Under the pieces are notes generated by a model. That model was not told the DNA's origin. It saw only the letters and a list, made by a program, of their open reading frames with translations, and searched no databases. A program made the translations under genes and the position numbers. DNA of 64,000 nt from Vicugna vicugna. Taxonomy: Eukaryota. Numbering within the stretch: the first letter of the stretch is position 1; each line of letters opens with the position of its first letter. The DNA lies in contig MU058531.1 of assembly GCA_013265495.1 (NCBI GenBank), positions 2,914,911 to 2,978,910 on the forward strand, in the 5' to 3' direction. Shown here one piece after another: positions 39,451 through 52,015 of the stretch.

Positions 39451-41140
39451 TTAAATTAGCAAAGAACATGCTATGTGCCTAGTTGAGAAGCTGACATGCT
39501 CTCACAGATGAATCAGATGTCCATCAAGCTGCTTGTGTGCCACAGCTGAAGGGCATCACATTTATTCATCTAAGCCTGGGCCACCCCTCCAATGTCCCGC
39601 AGGGTTCTGAATGTCTCCCCAGCAGTGGGGAAGGAGTGGGGCATAAAAAGGAGGCGGAAAAGAGCATTTGCCATATAACTACTACGTACCAGGCACTATG
39701 ATAATGTTTTTAGATTCTTTATCACCGTTGGTCCTTACAATATCCCTGTGAGGTACATATAATTCTCCCCTATTTTACAAATGAGGAAACAAAGGCTCAG
39801 TAATAGAGTTGCCCCCAAAGCTTGAGCTCCTAGTGATCAAGTCAGGAGTGAAACAAGCTCTGCTCAGTCCAAAGCTCATCCCTTTCCACGCACTGCATTA
39901 CTTACAGAAAGAAGGGGGCTCCGTAGGGGAGGGGGCGGGGGTTGGGTCAGATTACAGCTTAAAGATGGGAATAAGCAGGTCTAAGCCCCAAACTGGAGGG
40001 AGGTAGGCTACGGGGATTCATGTTCTCTGCCCTCAGAAGCTTACCTCGTGTAGCGGACGCATCTGGGATCCCCGCCTTGTCCGTCAGGGGAGGCCGTATC
40101 CCCTTGGCACAGCTGATTGGACCAGGGGTGAGCACCTGACCAAAAGTGAACCAATTGGATTCTTCCTCTCAAGCTTCCCGATTAAAGAGACACTGATGCT
40201 GTAGCAGATGTGGAGTCAGGCTCCAAGCCACCTGTTTGGTAACCCAGAGCCCCAGGCAAGCTGCTAACTGCCAGGGAGCGGGAGGTAGACTCCCCACTGA
40301 GGCAGCCAGTGTGCAGGGAGGAAATGGATGCTTGGACCGGGAGGAGCGGGGGGCTGAGGCCCACAGTCCCTGGCGGAGGGAGAGCAAACGCCTCCCTGCC
40401 CGACACGAGTCTGGCTCCTGTTAGGTGTTAGGCCCGTGATTACATTCTGGGGAATTTCAAACTTTCGGGGGAGAGGGGACACCCCACACTTTACTTAAGC
40501 AAGCTTGAGTCTGTTACAATTAAACAACTGTTGACTGACACCTTGCCCCTCAGGTGGGACAACCAGGGTGGGAGAGAAGGACCTTATGAGGGTGAGACCA
40601 CAGCTCGCCCTGGTTGAAGAAATGCTCTTCATTTGACTTTTGGGAAAATAGTGTCTTTTGTTATCACTTCTATTTCTGTGTCTCCTCCCTCTTAGGGTCT
40701 CCCTCTCCACTCTAAGGTAGCTAATGGCCTCAGTTTGGCCTCTTGCACAGCCACTGCACCCGGCCCTGCAGGCACGCACAGGCTAATTCCCATCAGGAGG
40801 AAGGCAGCCTGCCGTCCCATTTCACAGAAGAGCGTGAGGAAGCCTGGCCCGATGAGCCTGCCCAGCATGATTTACTTATTAATTTAATTCAATCACGCTG
40901 CTCCCTTAGTATCTTTCATCTTAGTTTCTTCCTTCTCATTCTAGCCCTGGAACAAGCTCCCTCTGCCCTGGAAAGCATTTGCCTCAACTAGCAAACCCTC
41001 TAATTAGTCTACCTGACGAGTACTAATCTGTCCACAATGCTGCCTAGTCGCTCCCCACTGATATAAGTCAAGTGCAATCTCTAATCACACCAGATGACTC
41101 TTTTCTCAACCTCACCACACAGGATTGTAACTCGCTGGCC

Positions 41141-41270
41141 TTTTGTTTGTTTGTTTGTTGGGAGGGTAATTAGGTTTGTTTGTTTGTTTGTAATGGAGGT
41201 ATTGAGGATTAAACAGATGACCTCATGCATGCTGAGTATGCACTCTACCACTGAGCTAGCCACATCTCCC
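41141..41270 (-). mobile_element. tRNA-derived camelid SINE (Vic-1-like)
   Basis: The minus strand reads tagctcagtggtagagtgcatactcagcatgcatgaggtc...aatacctcc-(aaac)n-aaacctaattaccctccc-(aaac)n: an A-box plus the characteristic CCTAATTACC tail. Confidence 0.8.
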
Positions 41271-44200
41271 TACCTCCACCCCCTTCCCCAACACCGACCT
41301 TTTTGTGCTATTCCCATGGTCCCTATCAGGACCGAGAATCTGACTTTATTGCACTAAGATGTTTCAAATCTCCTGCCATCTCGTTGATTCCAGGGTCAAC
41401 ATTTAAAACATATATTCAACATCAGTTATGTGCTAAGTATTGCAGAGGTTATAAAAACCCCATACCTTCTTAGAACAGCCAAATTTCATGCATATGGAGA
41501 AATTCACCAATAAACCTTAATCAGACAAAGACCAGCACCCCTGGACACGATTTGAGGGCATTCATGTAAGATATGTTGGGGAGAAGGAATACAAGCCACA
41601 CTGATTCATTTTTAAAAGGCAATATTGGCTTTGTAAATAACTGAGAGCCTATAAAATGTGCCTTTGTGAAGTGTACCTTTGAGAGTTCCCATGCTTCAAC
41701 AGGGTGGGGCCACTTTCCTCACGTGGTGAGTCTCCAAACCCTGTTCTCCCGGAAGTGATGGGAATGACTCAGTAAATTAAACACTTTTGCCTTCCAGAGT
41801 ATTTTGTAAAAACAATACGATAGTTCTGTGGCAGTGCCAACATGCAAGCTAATTTTCAGTTTGAGCTGGTGGGAATCTTGTCAACTGTGCAGTCTGGGTA
41901 AACCAACTCACCGTGTGGTCACTCACAGATGCCTTCACAGATGATAGCAAATGAGATCCACTGGATCTTTTTCCCATCACATTTAATCATTCTTAAATGG
42001 AATTTTATAGCTTTTCTTCTTATTTAAAATGTTATTTTTTAAATTTAACTTAAAAAAATTTCATATAGCAAAGGACTTTTTGCTAAAAATAGTCAGAAAA
42101 GTCTCTATTGCATAAATCACAGCCTTTGGGGATCTCACAGATCTTTTCCTTTTCAGATAAACCATTAGGGGCCCGTTTTTCAAAAGAGGAAAAAAAAGAT
42201 TCTCAGAGGGGTCAAGTGGTTTGCTCAAGACTACAAAGTTGATAAGCTTATTTGGAGGGAGGTGGGGGAGGTTGTAGAAATATCTAAGATTCCACTCCAA
42301 AAGCATGTCCAAATGAAATAACAGGTATCTGGGGGTGGGGGGGAGTCATTACATGACAATTCTTTGGTGGCCATCTGGACTATAGCAGTGGCCATTCGAC
42401 AAGGCAAAGCCCAGAATTGAGGGGAAATTCTAATGGAATGAACATCATAGGGAGGAATGAGAAAACTCTTAAAGTTGAAACAGTGATGCTCCTTAGGGGT
42501 CAGATGTTTCATATGAACACAGTGTTGCCACAGTGTAAAAGTACAATACAAAAGTGTGCAAGAAAATTTCCTCAATCTTTTCAAGAGATTTCACATAGGA
42601 AATAGATGAGACAAATGGAAGTCAATGGCAATATTCTGCAAAACCGTCTTTAAAAAGACAAGAAACACACATTCTCACACACACACAGAGCAGGGAATCT
42701 GTCCTTCAGAAATGCACACATTCACAAAGATATGCACCAGAAGGATGTCCACTGCAGCCCAGCTGCTAACAGAGCAGTTGTAACAATTTACACGTCTTTG
42801 GTAAAAAGTTGGGAAGGATTCAAGGCAAACTGCTCAGAGTAATTGCCCTAGGTAGCAAGAGTAGGGAAAAAGAATAGGAGGAACATGATGAGAATTTTCA
42901 CTTTTTAGTTGTGTAATCCCTTCTGGATTGTTAGGTTGTTTTGTTTCTACATGCATACATTTTGTAATTCAAAAATTTGAAATATTATTTAATTTGTATT
43001 TTAAAACTCTGTTCTGTTTGGGGGGAATCAAATAAGTCTTAAAGAGTTGAGAGGGGCCCCAGAAGTCTGTCTAATCTAATCTCAGCTAGATTCAGTCTGA
43101 GCCTTGTCTGTCTACGTGAAACTCAAGAGAGAATGGCCACCACTGGCCTGCAATCACTCTGATATTGAAGGTTCAGAGTTGGTTCACAGAACCTGGTGCA
43201 CCCTAGGAATATAGAAAATCAAATGAGCTTTGTGGTTTTCCTCATCTACTTCTGCACTTCTAAATATCACGACATCTACACCACAGGGACTCCAGTAACC
43301 CCTAATCTTCCTATTCATACGAAGTCCTGAGGAGTTAGGCAGTCAGCCTCAGAAGGGGACTGAACACAAGAGACTGAGGTCAACTCTGAACCAGCTGGTT
43401 GTCAGAGCAGCACATTCCTGACTGCATTCTAACAGGGGGCCTCACAGCATCCATACAAGCATCACCATTAACATGTGTGGCCATTCTTCCCACCACCCTA
43501 AAGTGTTGCTTACTGCCCCGACCTTGCTGTTTTATGTGCTCAAGAGGCAAAATTGTACACATCTCAGTAAACACAGGGGCTTTCTTTGGTGCTGCCTTGA
43601 TCCTTTGTTAGGGCTTTTTACATCTTAGTCTCCCCACCGTCCCCGACTCCTCCCCATGAAGCGCATCTGACTTTGCTCCTTTCCCTCTGATGGACACAGC
43701 ATGGTGTCAGTAACCTCAGTTCTGTCAGAACTTAATGTTACTTAATTCTACCTGGTGCTCAAAATTGGAAGGCACACTTGGAAAGGGTTTGCCATCACTG
43801 GTGTTTTAAACCACTGAAATAGATCAAAAGCAGGAAAAATGCCATACTCATTACTATATCTGCTTTCGTGTCTGAGGCAATGGCTTCTTCACCGTGCTGA
43901 GAGCAGTATTCGAAACGTGGAACTGTAAAATTAGAGAACCTTAGAGCTAGAAGAAATCTCTAAGAGATCAGTACCTATCGTTCCACAGCTGAGAAATTTG
44001 AGACCCGAGCGGTTAAATCTGGTTCATCCACTGTTTCGTCAATATTAGCCTGAGTCCAGATGTTCCTATTCTGAGCTGAGTTGTTTCTTCTGTTAGGTTG
44101 CTTGTCGGACTTTGCTGCTCAATTTATACAACCAAAGGAGACTGGAAAAGAGACTAAAGTTAAATAATCTAGTAAATGTAATGGTTTAGATAGCCCATAT

Positions 44201-44514
44201 TTGCCCACTTTTACTGAAGTTTTCCACTTTCAATTGAGTGTTTATGTTCATAGCCTTAGACAGATGCACTTTTAGTCATTTAAAATTTTTGACCAGTGCA
44301 TGTACACTCCAAACAAATAACAGGTCAGATTTCAGGAAGTTTTAAACTCTAATTCCTTTATAATCTATATGATTGCTTCAAATAATGACATCATCAGACT
44401 ATGGCCAACACATTTTTACATGTCTTTACGTGTCCAGGGTGAAGGATACCAACTTTTCATGTTATGTCCCTATTATGTAGCTGCTTCAAGAAAAAAAAAA
44501 AAACAAGTTTCTCA

Positions 44515-45295
44515 GAACCACAGTGAGATATCACCTCACACCTGAGGTGTCAGAACGGCTATAATCAAAGAGGCAAGAAATAGCAAGTGTTGGTGAGAAT
44601 GTGGAGGAAAGGGAACATTCATACACTATTGGTGGGCTGGTGGTAATGTAAACTGGTGCCATCACTATGGAAAAGTCTAGAGAGTCCTCAAAAAATTAAT
44701 AGTAGAACTACTACGTAACCCAGCTATCCCATTTCTGGTATTTATCCAAAGACTATAAAAACACTAATTCAAAAAGATATAGGCACCCCTATGTTCAGCA
44801 CAACATTATTTACGATAGCCAAGATATGGAAACTACCAAATGCCCATCAATGGATGAATGGATAAATAAGATGGAAATATATATATATATACAATGGATT
44901 ACTACTCAGCCATTTCAAAAAAGATGAAATCTTACCATTGTGACAGTATGGATGGACCTTTAGGGTATTATGCTAAGTGAAATGAGTCAGGCAGAGAAAG
45001 GCAAATACCATACGGTTTCACTCCTATGTGGAATATAAAAAACAAATAAACAAACAAAAATAAACATACAAATACAGAGAACAGAGTAGTGGTTACCAGA
45101 GGGGAAGGGGTAAGGAGGAAAGCAAAATGGGTTAAGGGGGTCAACTGTGTGATGAAGGATGAAAACTAAACTTCTGGTGGTGAGCACGCTGCAGTGTATA
45201 TAGTAGTAGAAATATAATGTACACATGAAATTTACACATTATAAACCAATGTTACCCCAATAAAAATAAATTTAAAAAAAATTAAAAAGAGAAAA
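44515..45295 (+). mobile_element. L1 3' fragment (L1MA-like) with poly(A) remnant
   Basis: gagatatcacctcacacc...caatggatgaatggataaa...aataaaaataaatttaaaaaaa. Confidence 0.88.
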
Positions 45296-46499
45296 AGAGT
45301 TTTAAAAAGAATACACGCAAATAAACTCTGATAATAACATGACTACATGATACTCATTAACCAGATTCTCAAACTACATTGTCCTTTAAGAATCCAACTT
45401 CTGTTCCCCAAATCTTTTTTTTTTTTTAACTAAACAACCATTTGGCAGTTTGGGGTTTTGTTTCTTGCATTTTCCTGCTCATTTTCTAGGGAGAGATTTG
45501 AGAAGAAGACTAGAGACAAAAGAGAAAGGCACAGGTTACTCAGTGGAAAGGAGAAGTTGTCAGGTTCCTGGAGGAAGAGAGAAATGTGCTGGGGTGTGGT
45601 CAGGAACCACCCACCCATCACAGCTCCCACTTTTTCTGCCCTCCTCTCACGCTCTCTCATCCCTTCTGCCAGGAAGTGAGCTGGCAATCTTACCAATGAC
45701 CTTGGACAAACATAAAATGATAACTACTAAATTCAGATTGAGACGCACCATGCCAGCCAAAACTCATCACCTACAACGCCTGGGAAGGCGCCATCACACC
45801 AACCTCTCCTGTCCCCCTCCATGAATGACAATAGAACTTTAAAAGATGGTTTTGTCTAAACCCCCCCCCCCGCACCCGTTTTGCAGAAAAGGAAACTGAC
45901 ATCCAGAGAGATTGCTGAAGGCCACTGAGCAAGTCTAAACCAGATGCCCAAACTGCAGACTTGCATTGTTCAAAGATCTCTACGTGCAATTTACAAGCTA
46001 CGGAAAGTACAAAAAACACTCCAACTTTGGAGTGATGAAGAACAATTACAAAGAGGCACAAGATAACGTGAAAACAAACCAGAATAATTTTACTCCACCT
46101 CCCAGAAGCCCAGTGACAGTAAAAGAAGCAGGGGTCTGTTTAATGGAGTAAGGATACTTCCAACAATTCAATTGTGCTTTTTCCTCCTTTCCCCATTTCT
46201 CACAGGCAGAGGCAATAAAAATGCATAGAAGACTGCTGAAATTCTTACTCTGAACCAACACAGACTTTTTGATACTTGAAATGTGGAGAATGCAAATACA
46301 TCTTTCCCTCCAACGGCTTATAGAAATCACATTATTACAGTTAAAACATCAGGTCACTCAATGAACCTCAGATACCTGGGGAAAATTAAATGCCTTGCAC
46401 AGAAACGGTCCTCTCCGCTGACCTGCACAGGTAATGAACTCCAGCTGAAGTCGCAGAGACTTCTATCAGTCGCCTAAACGCAGACTTTCAAAGAACGGG

Positions 46500-46940
46500 A
46501 CTCAAGGAACTTACATTCCAAAACAGGGGTAGAGGGAAAAAGGAAAACTTCTCCTTACCCTTAAAAATAACAGAAACAATAGGATCCGGCTTCCCAAATT
46601 TCGTTTTAGGGATATTGCTGGCAGATTCCACAATTACTCGAAGCATGGCTCCCAATGGGCAGAACGCAAGTTTCAGCAGCGAAGTGAAGAAGTCATGGGC
46701 GCCGGAGGTCCGGGTCGCAGCGCTCGGGAGGGAAGGCGCGGGACGGCTTCCCCAGCGGAGAGGGAAGGCGGAGAGGCGATGGGTGGGTCTCTGACGGGTT
46801 ATGTACTGAAGGTTACGTGTAAACTGATACCCAAACGCAGAGCCTCCGCGCGGCCGCAGGCATTCAATTAAGAATTCGGGAAATGTGGAGGTGAAAAGGA
46901 CAAAATCGCAACTAAAAGTAATTGTGGGCGACAAATGAAA
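46500..46940 (-). promoter_or_regulatory. MYOF: MYOF promoter / 5'UTR, CpG-rich region
   Basis: Local CpG/GC enrichment around and upstream of exon 1; TEAD-type ACATTCCA at 46513-46520. The TSS cannot be determined from sequence. Confidence 0.75.
46559..46646 (-). CDS. MYOF: Myoferlin coding exon 1 (MLRVIVESASNIPKTKFGKPDPIVSVIFK + G), start of C2A domain
   Basis: The translation matches the myoferlin N-terminus. ATG in good context (GCCATG) at 46646; 88 nt, then donor AGG|GTAAGG (phase 1). Confidence 0.97.
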
Positions 46941-47474
46941 CGGAAAAGGATTTGGAGCCAGTAAGTGTGGACAGGTCAGGAGACCACTGAGACGCTTCCG
47001 CTAAAAGCAACAATTCGTGAAGCCCTATTAATTGGTTTTCTGTCACCCCACCTATTCTCTTCTGAACTTTGTGGCGTTTTAAAACTTCACTGCGTCATTT
47101 TCTTTTTCAATTCTACTTTTGCTGTTTCTTCTCTCCTGCTGTTGAACACACCCACTCAGCAACAGTTTAGAGAACAATTTTCTTTTTTTCATCAGTTAAA
47201 GGGTGCCCCCTATTGTATGGCAGAGAAATAAATGAGTTTATTTCAAGCAAGTCCAATCTGGAGGCGGTTAACAGGGACTTACAGAATTGGTGTAGTGGGG
47301 GCTGATTCTTTACAAAAGGATTCACCATAGGACTTCTTTAAAAATCCTTAAGAGGTGAGAGCTGGGGACCTAAGTTTTCTTGGTCCATCAAAAGCTGATA
47401 CCTGCCTTCAGTGAAAACGGAGAAGGAGTCTGTCAACTCTTTCAAGATGTAAACCTCAGCATCTTCCTTTCCTT

Positions 47475-47944
47475 TGTTAAAGAAAAAAAAGGTATCCAGT
47501 GACAATCATTAAATCGGGTAAGGAGAGGGACCACAATGATAGGTTGAGGGACCACTGCAGTAGAACCTTGCAGTGGAAAGAGATGGCTCAACTCTGAATA
47601 GGGGATGGGCAAGGGAGACTTTTTAACTAAGGAGCAGGTTGAGGGTCAGAGGATGAAAATGACCAGGAGGAAACATCGGGGGGAAAAGGGGATTCTGGCT
47701 CAACCGACCTAACAGGATTCTTACTGAACATAGCTCAGGGTGACAAGACATCACCTGGGTGGTGGTGGAGGACGAGGAACCCCAGAAGATGTAGAGAGTG
47801 ATTACATGTGGAGGGAGGGGAGTTCTAGTTAGACTGACTCAGCAAGGTTTTTGCTAAAACTAAATTCTACAGGGAAGTACACAGATCGGTCTAGGATAAA
47901 GTTCAGGAGCTTGACTAAAGTTTGGTCAAGGAAAGGATTGACCA
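47475..47944 (-). mobile_element. MER31-family ERV1 solo LTR upstream of the MYOF promoter
   Basis: tgttaaagaaaaa...gggaccactgca...ccgacctaacaggattctt...actaaagtttggtcaagga. Confidence 0.8.
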
Positions 47945-48619
47945 CCTGGAGAGTGTTAGGTGGCCTGGCCTGGTGATTAAGATCAGCAGAGGTGCCCTGG
48001 GAGTAGGAGTCACCCAGACCTGAGTGTGGGTCCCAGCTGCATCACTTGTGAGCTATGTCACCTTACAGGTTTCTACACCTCTCTCTTCTGCGTTTATCTC
48101 GTCTCATCTTACTGGCGTTAAGATCAAGGTCTTAGTGTGGGGCCTGGCAAAAAAGACACAGTAAATCCCACACATCCACCATCAGCTGTTCATGCTTATT
48201 CATAGCATTTCCGTTAATGCCAGTTGGGTTTAAATCAGGGTCTCTCTGCATTTCAGAAGAAAACGCCAAAACTAAGGGTGAAAAAACATAGGGCTTCCTT
48301 TGCTTTTGAACACACAACCAGGGAGACCCATGTGTAAGCAAACACTTCAAGTGCCTTGAAAAAGCATGGTTTACCTACAAGAATTCTTCTGTCTCAGTGA
48401 GGTTCTCAATGGCTTACACTAAAGAACCAATGACCCCCATGTTGTATTTAGTGGACACACGGGTATAAATACAGTCTATGTTTTAGTGGAATATAGGCAA
48501 CATTATGTTTATTTTTTGGCTGGTTTTTATCTTTTATTTCAGTGGTCCTTCAACCTACCATTGTGGTCCCTCCCCTTACCCGATTTAATGATTGTCATTG
48601 AATATTTTATTTATTTATT

Positions 48620-49800
48620 TTATTTTCGTGTGAAATACATTTACAGAAAAATGCATACAACATAAATGTGACACAGACAAACATCCGGGTCAAGACAGGG
48701 AACGTCACCAGTATGCCAGAAGCCACTCTCATGTCTCATATGTAACACACCCATCTCCTTCCCCGACTCTCCCAGTCCCCAGGTAGCCACTATCCTGATT
48801 TTTATGGTACTGATTTCTGTGCTTTTCTTTATAGCTTTTATCCCCCAAATAGTTTAGATTTGCTTGATTATGACCCTTATATGATCATATAAATTATCTT
48901 ATACATTATTAACTTTATATACATATGTATTTATACCTTGTGTATACATATGCATACACATATTCACAGAATATGAATTCTTTGATACACTGTGACCTTT
49001 ATAGAAATGGAATAAAAGTTTGAATTCTTTTGTGTTTGGCATCTTTTTTTCAACATTATATTGTGAAATTCATCCATATAACTCTACTTTGTTTACCCTC
49101 ATTTCTCCATGGCATTCCATTGTATGAGTGTACCACATTTTATTAATCCATTTTACTCTTGATACACATTTGGGTTATTCAGAGTTTGGGGCTATTACAA
49201 ACACGGCTACTCTGAATATGCCTGTACATGTTCTCTGGTACAAACATGTATGAGTGCATTTTGGGTCTGACCTGTGAGTGGAATCGCTGAACCAAAAGGT
49301 ATATGAATATTTTCAAAATTACTAGGTAATTCAAAATGGTTTTCCACAGCAGTTGTACTAGTGACACCCCCACCAACAGTGTATGAGACTTCCCGTGCAT
49401 ACACTTGGCAATGTTTGATTTTTAAATGTTTGCCCGTCTGATGAGTTGATAATAATACTTCACTGGAGTTTTTATTTGCATTTTTCAGATTCTTAATGAA
49501 GTCGCATACCTTTTCATATTTACATTTCCTAAGTTATGACATGCCTATTCAAATATTTTGTGGGTTTTTTTTATTGAGTACTCTGGTTTTCTTCCTAATT
49601 TGCAGGAGCTGTTTATGTGCTCTAAATGGGTTGTAATTTTAATGTAATTGAATTTATCAATATTTCTTTTCTGATTAGTGTATTTTTCGTATTAAGAAAT
49701 CCTTTCTACCCTGAGATTGTGAAGCTATTCTTCAGTATTATTTTCTGGAAACATTTTGTTTCATCTTGCACATTTAGACTTATACTCCACCTTAATTGAT
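48620..49800 (-). mobile_element. Old L1 (L1ME/L1MC-type) fragment
   Basis: ccactatcctgatttt...gtgaaattcatccat...ccaccaacagtgtatgaga...ttatttgcattt. Confidence 0.75.
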
Positions 49801-50504
49801 TATGTATTCTTTGCAGCTTTTCTGTAAATCTAAAATTATTTCAAAATAAAGTCCTTAGAAATAAAATTAAAATAAAATAAATTTGTAAAATTGGCTTAGA
49901 AATGTAAAAAAGAAGCCTTCAAAATTGAAAAAATAATTATTTCATTAAAAGTGTATGGACAAAACAAAATGACTGTTTCATTGATTGGTAAATTTTATTA
50001 TTCATAAAATTTTCCTTTCAGCTGAAAAGAACTTGTAGTTAGATTTTCTCACTTTAACAAGAATTTCTGAGTATGCATGAGAACCACCAAGAGAACATGG
50101 CCTATCATAAGTTACTCATAACCCAAATTTTCCACAATGTAATTATGTAAAAAAACCTTTCAAGGTTTTTACAGCAAATATATATATTTTAACTGTGGCA
50201 TAAGATACATTTGAGTATATTTGATGTATTCTATCCGGAAGTAGGATTCTGTTTAATTGTTAAGTAAGCCCTGAAATGGATTAATTTTCCAATCCCTAGC
50301 ATTTCTTCTATTTGGCACTGATTTATATAATTTTGAATAAACATAGGCAGGAGAGAATGAGCTAACTAGGAAAAGTAGAACTTAGTGAAAGGACCAGCTC
50401 TCCTTTTGAGAAGATTGCAGTGGCTTTGCCATGGAAGGAAACACTATCATCCTTATCTTCAGGGATAAATATTTGAGGAGAAGCAGTTCAGGATATCTGG
50501 AAGG

Positions 50505-50715
50505 TAGTAACTTGCTATATACAAAAATAGATAAAAAACAAATTTCTTCTGTATAGCACAGGGAACTATATTCAATATCTTATAACAATATTTAATGAAA
50601 TAGAATATGAAAACAAATATATGTATGTATCTGTATAACTGGGACATTGTGCTGTACACCAGAGAGTCACACATTGTAGCTGACTATACTTCAATTAAAA
50701 GGAAAAAAAAAAAAA
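50505..50715 (+). mobile_element. Young artiodactyl/camelid-type L1 3' end with poly(A)
   Basis: ctgtatagcacagggaactatattcaatatctt...actgggacattgtgctgtacaccagaga...cttcaattaaaa plus A-tail; same 3' end as the insert at 15754. Confidence 0.85.
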
Positions 50716-51996
50716 GCTAAGAGGTAGAAAAGATGGCGAGGCCTAGCGTCTATGTTTCTCTCCTGATATCAGGGAGAGCTGCAGGACAAGGTCTTGAAGG
50801 TTGAGACTCAGATTCCAGGCAGAGCCCTGAGCTGTGTTTCACTAGGGAATCAGAGGGAAGGAGGAGATTTAAGACCTGAGACCAGAGGGAGGCAATGGCA
50901 GAACTGGGGTGGGTGGTGTTTAGCGAACAGAGGTGGTGCTCAGGGGCTGCCAGTCAGTCTGACTTCACACCAGCGTGGAGAGAGAGAGAGAGAGAGAGAG
51001 AGTGTGTGTGTGTGTGTGTGTGTATTGGGAGTTAGCTGGAGATGATTCAGTGGTGGGAACGTGAACTTGTGCTTCAGAGCCTGCAGAGCAGCACACAAAG
51101 GCCATGTACGTACACTTACACACCATCACGCCTTACCCTGCTCCTCCTGCTGTCTCTAGCCCAACAACAGCTGCCTGGACCCCCGTTCAGCAGGCTGCTC
51201 CTGACTTAAGGGCTTTATTTGTATCAACTACATTGGCCATAACAACAACCCCATGAGGTGAGGAAACTGAGGCACAAAAAATTACCTAACACATTCAGGT
51301 TATAGCTAATAAATGGCAGAGCTGGGATCCAAACCCAGGTACTTTGGTTGTGAATTTTCCTGCACACTCTTCTGGAATGTATTTCTTACAACATGCTTTG
51401 CAGCCTCCACACAGCCGGGGGCAAATGCACCAACCTTGATTCTGCTAAGGTGCATCATAGACAGAGCTCTGGATACCATCTGCTCTCAAGGACTTTGTCC
51501 TCTGAGCAATCCAGCTTCCTAGTGCCAAGAAGGTGACAGTGTCAGTCTCTGTTGGGCACTGGAATTATCCCTACACCTTGTGAGCCTGGGAAGGGGCTAA
51601 CCCCTCAGTTCCTCTATCCCAGTGGCCTCTCTTTGGACAGTTCTTATTTTTTCCTGGACACAAACTTACTAGTGTTATATCTGAAAACAGAGGAGGAGAA
51701 GAACAGGCTAGGAGATTTCTCTTTAGCTTTGTTCAAATGCAAAAAGCTAACAAGACCTCTTTTCCCTAGACAATCAGTTTTTAGATACAAATGTGTAAGA
51801 TTTCAACCCACATTGTAAGAAAAACATTTAAGGAAAAATAATTCCTTTTGGAAAAATCAAGGAAGTGTAAGAGTGAGAGTTAAGAGTAAATTAACCCAGA
51901 GTGGTCAAACATTTATTCATTAATAATATGTCCGTCTGTTCAACAAATATTTGAGAGTTGGGGCTTCCCTGGAGAAGCCTAAGTTCCTACCTGATT

Positions 51997-52015
51997 GAGC
52001 GCCCTCTGGTGGGGA
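51997..52015 (-). promoter_or_regulatory. Candidate CTCF site (reverse) between the MYOF and CEP55 promoters
   Basis: The minus strand reads TCCCCACCAGAGGGCGCTC, a near-consensus CTCF core. Confidence 0.7.

Noticed and set aside
41200..41265. tRNA gene
   Set aside because: The B-box is degenerate, no cloverleaf can be formed and a SINE tail is attached, so this is a tRNA-derived SINE.
46488..46934. 148-aa ORF suggesting an N-terminally extended myoferlin
   Set aside because: It starts at TTG, probably upstream of the TSS, and runs through the exon-1 donor. Only the segment from ATG 46646 resembles myoferlin.
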